A stretch of DNA of 57,001 bases from Oscillospiraceae bacterium (GTDB taxonomy: Bacteria > Bacillota > Clostridia > Oscillospirales > Oscillospiraceae), in the NCBI GenBank assembly GCA_902785115.1, contig CACZXQ010000001.1:1-57001 (forward strand), read 5' to 3'. Of this stretch, positions 45,701 to 53,537 are shown piece after piece; positions within the stretch are counted from its first letter, which is position 1; each line of letters begins with the position of its first letter. Made by a program: the position numbers and the translations under genes. The notes under the pieces are model-generated. The model worked only from the letters and a program-made list of their open reading frames with translations, searched no databases and was not told the DNA's origin.

Positions 45701-46199
45701 CGCCCACGGTGTCCGCCAGCAGCGCAAAGCCCGGCAGCTCCTCCTGCCGGTCGTAGCAGCGCTCCAGCGTGCGCTCCAGCGCGGCGGCCTTCATGGCGTC
45801 GGCGCGTTCGGTATCCACGATTTTGAAATCGGGGCTGAGCGAGAGCAGATGGGCGTTTTCCCGCAGAAGGTCGGCGCAGAAGCTGTGGATCGTGCCGATC
45901 TTCGCACGGCGCACCAGGGCGCTCTGCCGCCGCAGACGGCGGTTCGTCGGGTCGGCCGCCACGGCCTCGCTCAGCTCCTGGGTGATGCGGCCGCGCAGCT
46001 CCCCGGCAGCGGCGCGGGTAAAGGTGATGATGAGGAAGCGATCCAGATCCAGGGGCTTCTCTCCGTCCCGGATGCGGTGCATGAGCCGTTCGGTGAGCAC
46101 CTTGGTCTTGCCGCTGCCCGCCCCGGCGGAGATCAGTGTCGCGCCGCCCAGGCGCTCAATGGCGGCTTTTTGTGCTGTTGTGGGTTTAAATTCAGCCAT
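42672..46199 (-). CDS. addA: ATP-dependent helicase/nuclease subunit A (AddA)
   Basis: Start trimmed to MAEFKPTTAQKAAIERLGGATLISAGAGSGKTKVL (UvrD-type Walker A), overlapping the addB stop. C-terminal PD-(D/E)XK nuclease (GVVDCCLEE...IIDYKTD). The last 17 codons are encoded by the repeat element. Confidence 0.93.
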   Translation of the reverse strand: MAEFKPTTAQKAAIERLGGATLISAGAGSGKTKVLTERLMHRIRDGEKPLDLDRFLIITFTRAAAGELRGRITQELSEAVAADPTNRRLRRQSALVRRAKIGTIHSFCADLLRENAHLLSLSPDFKIVDTERADAMKAAALERTLERCYDRQEELPGFALLADTVGAGRDDRRLAELALTLYDKMQCHARPEKWASEQVRLLREPHSDAGETDWGKEILGRAREQLDYWCAAFERLTPLVCQDEKIKKAYYPSFDETATALRDLRRALDGGWDAVRKALPLPFPALGRLVKYDDPETADFVKERRKACKEAMEKLQKVFAASSEKLLADMAATEPAMSALLRLVLDFEKAYSRDKRRANLVDYADLEHMAAQLLTDDDGGPTALARAVSERFDEIMVDEYQDVSRVQDAIFRAVSRDGKNLFLVGDVKQSIYRFRLADPTIFTEKYESYADAPTDGEPGRILLRENFRSRREILEGANAVFSLCMSKALGDIDYDEAAALRYGAAYPGDAPVPELTLLPLPQGGEEESPDKTALEAAFVAREIRRLVDAGVTVMERDAARPLRYGDIAILLRSVNKAGAVYRRELARAGVPVGSGQGGGFYSSVEISALMSMLAVVDYPHQDIPLIAVLRSPSFRFAPDELARIRGRARQGDLYGALLLDAKENEKSRAFTALLARLRQDAPDLSAAELTWRLMEEMDLIAIASAMNDGSLRRARLMAMVKLSEDFEASGYRGLHRYVLWLRRRSERGEEPALGSDGAAAVQILSVHKSKGLEFPVVFLCDAGRQFNRQDSMAAVLVHPELGLGPKRTDLQRRVEYPTLARSAIALRLERETLSEELRLLYVAMTRAKERLYITASLKDPEKAVESARSTLTVPMAVEVLARAKSPADWLLRAALADGGEHLCYRICEPAAEAQTEAESMDTAKADEALSETLRRNLAFRYAHEAAQALPSKITATELKGREEVDEEAQALLPKKRRPFRMPDFTRQQKPLSGTEKGTATHLVLQYMDFAHSGSLDAVRAEIERLRVERFLTDREAEAVDAEAICKLFASPLGKRMLSAPALHREFKFSLLMDAGELLGTEPGEELLLQGVVDCCLEEEGALTIIDYKTDRLRSRAECEERAALYTPQLTAYARALTRIFQKPVKECALYFLSAGETVVVKVKIEESEDRRVNSK

Positions 46200-49100
46200 G
46201 GCGATCACCAAGCGGTCTGGCAAGGCGCTGCTCGTCGAGCATGCCCCAGACCTCCTTCTCGGAATATTTCGGCAGATAGCGGGCGTGTTCGCCGTTCTCG
46301 CCGTCGATGAAGTGGCAGGCGTCAAAGTATTCGCAGTGGAGACAGGCATTCTCCCGCTGGCTGCGGTAATAGGGGTCGGCGGCGATGCTGCCCTTCGAGA
46401 GCGCCTCCGCCATGCCGCCCAGGGTCTCGCGGATATGCTCCTCCAGCTCTCCCAGCCGCGCAAGCGAGGCGAGCGAGTCCGCCCCGGGCTTGCCGTTTTT
46501 GAACTTCACGGGGATGTAGCGCTTCTCTTCGCCGCGCTCCCAGGCCTCCATCAGCGCCGGATCGTCCAGCACCAGACCGCTGCGGCGCAGCTTTTTCTGC
46601 CGCTCGGCAAGGATGCTGTCGTCATCGGGTTCCTCGCCGAGGGAGAGGATGGGATCGCGCGCCGGGATGTACATCACGCCCGCCGGGACAATCTCGCGCC
46701 CGTAGCGCCCGGCGCCGTCGGCGTCCAGCGCGAAGAGATATAAAAGCATCTGAAGCCCCATCCCGTGCCAAACGTCGGACAGGGAAAACTCCTTTTTGCC
46801 GGTCTTGTAGTCCACCACCCGCAGGTAGAGCTTGTCGCCGTGTACCCAGCCGTCCACCCGGTCGGCGATGCCGGTGAGGGTGACGGCGGCTTCGCCGCCC
46901 GAAATCTCCACGGGCTTCATGTCGCTGGCCTTGGCAAAGTCCAGCTCAAAATCCAGCGGCGCAAAATCCGAACGCCGCAGCTCGCCCGCCATGTCCGCCA
47001 CCACCCGGTGCACGTCCCGGGTCAGACGGCGGAAGAGGTGCAGAAAGCGGCTGCTCTTCTCCTTGAAATCGTTGAGCTCCTCGTGCACATAGGCCTGCAC
47101 GGTCTCCTCCGTGAGCGCAGAAAGCTCCTCGTCCGACAAAGCCGCAAAGCCTCCGCGTTCGGACGCGGCGCGCGCCACATGCTCGAGCACATAATGCATG
47201 AAGGTGCCGATCTCGGGCGGCTGGAAGCCTGCCGGCTCGTATTTTTTGGCTTTCAGGCCATATTGGCAAAAATAGGCAAAGCGGCAGGCGGCAAATTTGT
47301 CGATCCGCGAGGCGGAGAGGCGGGGCTTGCTGCCGTAGAGAGCGCGTACCGCCTCCGGCGAGAGTCTGCCGCGGCTCATCTCCGCCGCGTCACGCAGACG
47401 GGAAAAGCGCTCCGGCTCAATCTCGCGGAAAAGCGCCGCCGCGCTCTGGAAAGCGGCGCTGCCGCCGTGCAGCGCCTGCGCCGCCAGCGTCAGCGCCGGC
47501 GCCTTCGCCGCAAGACGCAGGGTCTCAATGTTCGGCGCTTCCACCGAAAGGTCAAAGAGCGCCCTTGCGCGTGTGAACACCAGCGAGGGGCGCAGCGGCT
47601 CCCCGTCCGTATCGGTCACGGGGTAGCTCAGCTCCAGCCCCCGATCCGGCAGAGTCAGGGTGTTGTAGATCAGCGAAAACTCCCGCCAAAGCTCACCGTC
47701 CCCCGCGCCGAGGTCGATGTCAAGCTGCAGCAGGCGCTCCCGCTCCTCGTCGGTGAAAACGCGCTTTGTCTCACCTGCCATGGGCAGACGGTTATCGCTG
47801 CAGCCCAGCACCAGCAGATGCCGGATCGTCCGGCGACGCATCCGGTCGAAGTCGCCCGCGGAGACCCGATCCAGCGCCACCGGAATGAGCCCGATGTCGT
47901 ACTGGCTCAGCATCCGGAGGAAGAGCCGCCCGAAATCGCCCATCTCCATGGCGCTCGTGCCAAGGATGGCGGCGGCCTGCTCCAGCGCCGAGACGATAAG
48001 CTCCCAGAGCTGGCGGTATTCGCCCGCAAGCGCCTGCTGCCCGTCCGCTTCCAGGGCGGCGGCGCGGCGGTCAAGCTGTTCGGGAAGGTGAAGCTCCTCC
48101 AGCAAGCCCGCGAGCGCCGCGGCCTGCGCTTCGGCGGTTTCGGCGGCAAGGGCGCGCTCGCGAAAATGCAGCAGCGGCTCTGAAACCCTGCGCCGCAGGG
48201 CATTGACGCGCCGCAGCTTTTCCTCGGCGGCCTCGTCGTACTCGTTCCCGTAGCCCTCCGGGTGTTGCCGCCAGTCGCTTTCGCGCTCCCAGGCGGCGGC
48301 GCGAAGCTGCCATTTGTAGACATAGTCGCCCAGGAGGTCGCTCTCCTCGCGGTCTAAGCCGGTCAGTCCCGCGCGCAGATAGCTCAGCACGTCGTCCACT
48401 TCCCAGCCGCCCTCGAGGATCTCATAGGCGAGTGAGAGCAGCGCCGGCAGCGGCTTTTGCAGCAGCTCACTGCGCCGCGTGGTGAAAAGCGGGATCTCAT
48501 AGTGGCGAAACACGCTCTCAAGCGTGCCGCGATAGTCCTCAAAGCCGCGCACGGCGATGGCAATATCCCGCCAGCGGCAGCCGCCCTCGCGCACCAGCGC
48601 CAGAACGCGCGCCGCGGCGTATTCACACTCGGCGCTCATGCTCTCGGCGGCGGCGAGACGGATGGGGGGCGTGTCTCCCGCCCAGCGCTCACGGGAAAAG
48701 GAGAAGACTTCGTCGCTGAAAAAGCGCAGCGCGTCGGGCTTAGAAGCGCCGGTAAGCGTCACGGTTTCGGTCGGGATGCCCAGCGCCTTCGCCTCGTCCA
48801 GCAGACGGCGGCAGGAGATGCGCGAGAGTGCGAAAATCTCGCTCTCGCTTTCCAGGCTGTCCACCGTCATACAGACGGTGAGCTGTACGCCCTTTTTCAG
48901 CAGCGCCGTCAGCACCTCCTGCTCCTGGCGCGTAAAGTCGATAAAGCCGTCCACATAGATATGGTTTTCCGCTCCCAGGGGGGAGCTTGCGATCTTTTCC
49001 GCAAGCACCGTGAGCCGGTCGGCGGGATCGGCGTGTCCGTTTGCCACCACGGCGTCAAAGGCGCTCTGAATGAGCGCGAGATCATAGAGCTTGTCGCCCA

Positions 49101-49542
49101 GGCTGTCGGAGCAGGCCGCGGCGGCGCACTCCAGCGCCTCAGCGCTGATGCAGGCGCTCTTGAGCTCGTCCACCGCGGCGAGCAGCATCCCCTGCAGCTC
49201 GCTGGAGCGCCGGGCGGCGTTGTAGATGCGCAGGCGGGAGCCGATCTGCTCCAGCGCAAGCTGCATGCAGAGAAGCCGTCCGCCCTTGTCGAGCCACTGC
49301 ACCGCGGCGCCGCCCTGCTGCTGCAAAACGCGGCGGGCAAGCCCTGTGAAGCTGAACACCTCCGCATAGCGCGAGAGCATGTCCCCGCAGGCGCGGCAAA
49401 GCTCGCGCTCGGCCTCGTGGCTGTACTGCTCGGGCACCAGAAGCATCGCGCCGCCCCGCCCGGCCTGTACCGCCGCGCGGATCTCCGATATGACAGCGGC
49501 GGTCTTGCCCGTGCCCGCCTTTCCGATCATCAGTCGAAGCAT
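46192..49542 (-). CDS. addB: ATP-dependent helicase/nuclease subunit B (AddB)
   Basis: Start trimmed to MLRLMIGKAGTGKT after AAGGAG. C-terminal nuclease with Fe-S Cys cluster (FAACRFAYF...CLHCEYFDAC). Confidence 0.93.
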   Translation of the reverse strand: MLRLMIGKAGTGKTAAVISEIRAAVQAGRGGAMLLVPEQYSHEAERELCRACGDMLSRYAEVFSFTGLARRVLQQQGGAAVQWLDKGGRLLCMQLALEQIGSRLRIYNAARRSSELQGMLLAAVDELKSACISAEALECAAAACSDSLGDKLYDLALIQSAFDAVVANGHADPADRLTVLAEKIASSPLGAENHIYVDGFIDFTRQEQEVLTALLKKGVQLTVCMTVDSLESESEIFALSRISCRRLLDEAKALGIPTETVTLTGASKPDALRFFSDEVFSFSRERWAGDTPPIRLAAAESMSAECEYAAARVLALVREGGCRWRDIAIAVRGFEDYRGTLESVFRHYEIPLFTTRRSELLQKPLPALLSLAYEILEGGWEVDDVLSYLRAGLTGLDREESDLLGDYVYKWQLRAAAWERESDWRQHPEGYGNEYDEAAEEKLRRVNALRRRVSEPLLHFRERALAAETAEAQAAALAGLLEELHLPEQLDRRAAALEADGQQALAGEYRQLWELIVSALEQAAAILGTSAMEMGDFGRLFLRMLSQYDIGLIPVALDRVSAGDFDRMRRRTIRHLLVLGCSDNRLPMAGETKRVFTDEERERLLQLDIDLGAGDGELWREFSLIYNTLTLPDRGLELSYPVTDTDGEPLRPSLVFTRARALFDLSVEAPNIETLRLAAKAPALTLAAQALHGGSAAFQSAAALFREIEPERFSRLRDAAEMSRGRLSPEAVRALYGSKPRLSASRIDKFAACRFAYFCQYGLKAKKYEPAGFQPPEIGTFMHYVLEHVARAASERGGFAALSDEELSALTEETVQAYVHEELNDFKEKSSRFLHLFRRLTRDVHRVVADMAGELRRSDFAPLDFELDFAKASDMKPVEISGGEAAVTLTGIADRVDGWVHGDKLYLRVVDYKTGKKEFSLSDVWHGMGLQMLLYLFALDADGAGRYGREIVPAGVMYIPARDPILSLGEEPDDDSILAERQKKLRRSGLVLDDPALMEAWERGEEKRYIPVKFKNGKPGADSLASLARLGELEEHIRETLGGMAEALSKGSIAADPYYRSQRENACLHCEYFDACHFIDGENGEHARYLPKYSEKEVWGMLDEQRLARPLGDRHG

Positions 49543-49677
49543 CTTGTCGCTCCTTAAAAAATTCTTTCCTGTATCATAACAGATTTGAGCTGCTGCGGCA
49601 AGTGCGCGGGGAAAAAACGCTCTTGCGCGGCGCGGGGATGTATAGTAAAATACAGGCATACAAAAGGAGGATGCGCT

Positions 49678-50868
49678 ATGAAATACTCATCGAAAATGGA
49701 ACGCTGCGGTCTTTCTCCCATGAGAAAGTTTAACGGCGAGGCTGCCAAGGCCGTGGAACGCGGCAAAAAGATCTATCATCTGAACATCGGCCAGCCGGAT
49801 ATTATCACGCCCCAGGCTTACTATGACGCGCTCAAGAACTTTGCCCAGCCGGTACTCTCCTACGCCCCGTCCCCCGGCACGGAGGAGCTGCTCGAAGCGG
49901 TGCGCGATTACTACGCCCGCATCGGGGTGGAGCTAAAAAAGGGCGAGATTTTTGCCACCACCGGCGGCAGCGAGGCGCTGCAGATGACGATGGCGGCGAT
50001 CCTCGACGACGGGGACGAGATCGTGATCCCCGAGCCCTTCTACCCGAACTACCACACCTCCGTCACCCTCGCGGGCGCGACGATCTACCCCGTCCCCACC
50101 AGCCCCGAGGAGGGCTACCGCTACGCCGTGCGCGAGCGGGTGGAGGCCTGCATCAACGAGCATACCCGCGCCATCATGATCACAAATCCCGGCAACCCCA
50201 CCGGCGCGGTGCTGAATCCGGATGAGCTCAAGCTCATGTTGGACATTGCGAAGGAGCATGACCTTCTCATCATCTGCGATGAGGTGTACCGCGAGTTTGT
50301 CTACGGCGGGGAGCCGCTGATGAGCGCGCTGCAGTTTGAGGGCTATGAGCAGAACGTCGTCGTCATCGACTCGGTGTCCAAGCGCTTTTCCGCCTGCGGC
50401 GCGCGCGTGGGCATGCTCATTTCCCGCAACAAGGCCTTTATGGAGCAGGCCATGAAGTGGTGCCAGTGCCGCCTCTGTTCGGCGACGGTCGATCAGGTGG
50501 CCTCCGCCGCACTCTACCGCCTCGATCCCAGCTACTTTGACGAGGTGCGCGAGGAGTATAAGCGCCGCCGCGACACGCTCATGCGCTGCCTCAAGAAGAT
50601 CCCCGGCGTTGTCTGCGAGGAGCCGAAGGGTGCCTTCTACGTCATGGCGGCTCTGCCCATCGACGACGCCGATACCTTCCAGCACTGGCTCTTGAATGAG
50701 TTTGACGACAAGGGCGACACGGTGCTCTTCGCCTGCGGCGAGCCCTTCTATGGCACCCCCGGCAAGGGCAAAAACGAGGTGCGCATGGCCTACACGATCA
50801 ACTGCGCCGATATCGAGCGCGCCATGGAGATCCTTGCCCACGCGATCGAAAAGTATAACGCGAGATAA
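49678..50868 (+). CDS. Class I/II PLP-dependent aminotransferase (aspartate-aminotransferase-like)
   Basis: Start at MKYSSKMERCGLSPMRKF after AAAGGAGG. Contains NPGNPTG and SVSKRFSACGARVG (PLP lysine). Confidence 0.88.
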   Translation: MKYSSKMERCGLSPMRKFNGEAAKAVERGKKIYHLNIGQPDIITPQAYYDALKNFAQPVLSYAPSPGTEELLEAVRDYYARIGVELKKGEIFATTGGSEALQMTMAAILDDGDEIVIPEPFYPNYHTSVTLAGATIYPVPTSPEEGYRYAVRERVEACINEHTRAIMITNPGNPTGAVLNPDELKLMLDIAKEHDLLIICDEVYREFVYGGEPLMSALQFEGYEQNVVVIDSVSKRFSACGARVGMLISRNKAFMEQAMKWCQCRLCSATVDQVASAALYRLDPSYFDEVREEYKRRRDTLMRCLKKIPGVVCEEPKGAFYVMAALPIDDADTFQHWLLNEFDDKGDTVLFACGEPFYGTPGKGKNEVRMAYTINCADIERAMEILAHAIEKYNAR

Positions 50869-50894
50869 GCGCCCCTATCAGGAGAACGAAAAGC

Positions 50895-50937
50895 AACGGA
50901 TTGCCGCGACAATGCGGCAATCCGTTTATCCTTTTTT
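50895..50937. terminator. Bidirectional terminator
   Basis: AACGGATTGCCGC-GACAAT-GCGGCAATCCGTT followed by TATCCTTTTTT. Confidence 0.8.
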
Positions 50938-51827
50938 GTCTCGTTTTTGAGCGATCCGGCTGCGCAGAACATTTGCCCCGTAGCGCCCGAGCATCCCGAG
51001 CACCGGGCGCAGGCCGCCGACCTGCTCAACGAAGGTGACGCTTTTGAGATCTTTGGGATCGACCTTGTTGTCCACCGCGTCGTGCAGGCGCACGTTGTCG
51101 CCGGTGAAGGGCTGTACCTCCGCGCCGCCGAGGGCGATCACACCGTCGGCAATGGCCTCGGCGTCCCGCTGCTGCGCGGCGGTGGGAGCGGAACCGGAGA
51201 CGGGGAAGACGGCCTGAACACTCTGCTCAAAGGCGCCGTTGTAGGCTGGCCCCAGGGAGCGCGCCTGCGGCGCGGCGGCGAGGTAGAGCTCCATGGAGCT
51301 GCCGTTGCCGCGTGTTGGGTAATAGCGCTGGGGGCCGAAGTAAGTGCCGAAGGGGTTCATGCTGACGATGCGCGTTTTCCCCTCGGTTTTGAGCCGCATC
51401 GGACAGTGCGCCATGCTGCCCAGCACCTGCCGCGCATGGGCAAGCAGCAGCCCGCCGCCCTCGCCCGCGAGGCACAGCGTGCCGCCCGTGAGCTGGTGGT
51501 TGATCGAGGAAATGTTCTCGTTCTGCGGGAAAGCACGCCAGAAATCCGCCATTTCGTAGCGGCTGATCGCTCCGGCGAAGTTGCGCTTTGTGACTGCGAG
51601 ACTGTCGTCCCCGCGCAGGGTCAGCTCCAGGGGCGCCGCTTGCCGCCACTTGGGATCGCTGAAGCGCCCCAGGTTCGAGGCCTGAGAGGAGATCTCGTGA
51701 TCCTCCCTGGTGTAATGTGCCGCATGATGCGGATGTCACCGCCGAAGCCCAGGGCGTCGTTGGTGTCGCCCCGGTAGGAGTGATAGCAGTTGACGTGAAA
51801 GCCGAAGCCGATATGTACCTTGCTCAT
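50926..51827 (-). pseudogene. Frameshifted unknown (carbohydrate-enzyme-like) gene
   Basis: The 68-aa ORF (MSKVHIGFGFHVNCYHSYRGDTNDALGFGGDIRIMRHIT) and the frame containing the 208-aa ORF join into one frame of about 300 aa with a 1-nt shift near 51700-51715 (...REDHEISSQASNLGRFSDPKWRQ...YEMADFW...). Confidence 0.55.
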
Positions 51828-52345
51828 TTTGCGCTGCCGAAGGCCTTTTCCTTCTCAAGCTGCAGCTCTTCCACCCGCTTTTTAGACAGGGGGTACCAGA
51901 AGCGCAGGATCAGAAATACCAGCAGAAACAGCACCGCCGGGATCATCACGGAGGAGTTGTACATGCTCTGCAGCTTCGCGGCGCTCAGCCCCTCGGTCTT
52001 GAGCTCGGAGCCGTTGTAGCCGATGCGAAGCAGGGGGACGTTGATCAGGATCGTCGCCACGGTCTGCCCCAGCTTGCGCATGAAGGAGTAGAAGGCGTAG
52101 CTGGTGGCCTCGTCGTTCAAGCCGTAGGTGACCTTGTTGTAGTCGATGGCGTCGGTGGCCATGACCCAGATGAGCAGGAAGATGAAGGCGGTGCCGATGC
52201 CGGAGGCGAGGCAGGCCGCGAGATAGAGCCACACGTTCGTCACGCCGAAGAGGGCGAGGACGAAGAGCGCGATGTAGAACACCGCCGCGAGCAGCACACC
52301 GTAGGAGCAGACAGTCCCGGTTGGAGAAGTCCGAAAGCCCGTCAC
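51824..52345 (-). pseudogene. C-terminal remnant of a GPH/MFS sugar:cation symporter
   Basis: It contains only the last 4 or so TM helices, including the ATDAIDYNKVTYGLNDEATSYAFYSFMRKLGQ loop typical of MelB/YicJ-type carriers. There is no credible start (GTG). Another frame just upstream reads LILFDTACDGLSDFSNR, which resembles the TM2-3 loop of the same family. Confidence 0.5.
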
Positions 52346-52363
52346 AGGCGGTGTCGAAGAGGA

Positions 52364-52897
52364 TCAGCCGCCCCGGTCGGTGAGGAAAACGGGCATGGGG
52401 GCGTAGCTTCCGATCTGGCTGTGCGCCTTTTCCCGGTAGAGCGGGCGCGGCACCAGCGCCTTTTCCACGATGGTGGTGGCCTTGATGTGCTCGGAGACGA
52501 AGTTCACCACCTGCTCGCCGCGCAGATTCATCTGGCGGTACTGCTCGCCGCCGCCGAAAACGGCCTCGTCCGGTTCGGCGGGCAGGCGAAACTCGTAGCT
52601 CCAATCCGCCTCGCCCTCCAGATACAGCTTTACGCCGCCCTTCTCCTCTGCGAGCGTGACGCGCAGGCGGCGCTCGCCGCCTGAGAAAAGGAAGCGGTTC
52701 TCTTCCTCCTGTGTCAGCTCCGTGAGCGGAACGCGCTCAGACTCCACCACCTCGGTCTTGACGCTGCCACGGCTTGCGGAGTAGCTTTTCTCCTGACGCA
52801 CGGCGGAGACAAAGGACGCGCCGGGTCGGTGGGTCAGCAAAACGCGCCCGCCCTCGGACAGCAGCCACTCATTGCCGGAAACACGCGAATGGTACAT
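52364..52897 (-). pseudogene. N-terminal remnant of a GH31 glycosidase (YicI/YihQ-like)
   Basis: 177 aa ending in FGGGEQYRQMNLRGEQVVNFVSEH...YAPMPVFLTDRGG and then a stop, at the point where the GH31 catalytic barrel should begin. Confidence 0.5.
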
Positions 52898-53024
52898 GCA
52901 ATTCCCCCTTCTGTTCTATTTTCCGCAATCAATACCATCATTTTAGCCCCGGCGCGGTGGCTTGTCAACCGAAGAAAAGGGGGTGTGAGCATTTCCCATG
53001 GTCGCGGGACGTTTTGGAAAGACA

Positions 53025-53071
53025 GCAGGGATCGGGCGAGTCCGTACAAATTCGGACGCGCCCGATCCTGC
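53025..53071. repeat. Long GC hairpin (GCAGGGATCGGGCG...CGCCCGATCCTGC with inner GTCCG...CGGAC)
   Basis: Read directly. Confidence 0.7.
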
Positions 53072-53079
53072 GGCAATAT

Positions 53080-53122
53080 AAAAAGTTGACCGCCCGGCTG
53101 GCACCCGAGCGGTCAACTTTTT
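53080..53122. terminator. Bidirectional terminator (AAAAAGTTGACCGC...GCGGTCAACTTTTT)
   Basis: 9-bp perfect stem flanked by an A-run and a T-run. It lies downstream of the spoIIE operon. Confidence 0.75.
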
Positions 53123-53234
53123 GCAGATGCTTCCATGTTACCGCCGGGAGGCTGATAGCGACGCAAAGCTAGTCCTTTAGGGCCTCCCCTACATTCTCAC
53201 GCAGACTTTTGAGACAGCCCCATTTTTATGGGGA

Positions 53235-53537
53235 TCACAGCAGAAAATGCCACGCAAGCCCCAAAAGCACCGCGAGCAGCGGCACGAGCGCCCAGAGCCA
53301 GCGCTTCGGCCTGTGCGGCGGGACGCCGGTGAAGCTTGCCGCCGCCTCGCGCGCCTGACGCAGGAGCGCCTCCCGGTCGCGGTTCGGGTCGGTGAGGTAG
53401 TCATCCCGCAGGATGAAGAGCGCCTCCCGGAAGCAGGGCGCGGGGTTTTTCACCACGATCAGGTTGCTCACCGTGCCGCGCACCGGCGGAGCCTTCTGCC
53501 GCCGCCGAAACAGGCGCTGCCGCAGCCGCGACATCAT
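53235..53537 (-). CDS. Small tail-anchored membrane protein (100 aa), translationally coupled to spoIIE
   Basis: Its ATG overlaps the spoIIE stop (ATGA), with GGAGGAG upstream. It has a basic N-terminus and a C-terminal TM helix (WLWALVPLLAVLLGLAWHFLL). Confidence 0.6.
   Translation of the reverse strand: MMSRLRQRLFRRRQKAPPVRGTVSNLIVVKNPAPCFREALFILRDDYLTDPNRDREALLRQAREAAASFTGVPPHRPKRWLWALVPLLAVLLGLAWHFLL

Noticed and set aside
42777-49557. Series of long plus-strand ORFs (42777-44780, 45252-46310, 45769-46743, 46765-48183, 48457-49557)
   Set aside because: All are antisense to addA/addB, whose helicase and nuclease motifs are unambiguous. Their Arg/Ala/Gly/Pro-rich composition indicates frame artefacts.
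51227-52604. Alternative-frame minus-strand ORFs 51227-51739 and 51882-52604
   Set aside because: They have Arg/Pro/Gly/Ala-rich composition without motifs. They overlap frames that do show family-like sequence (the GPH and enzyme remnants).
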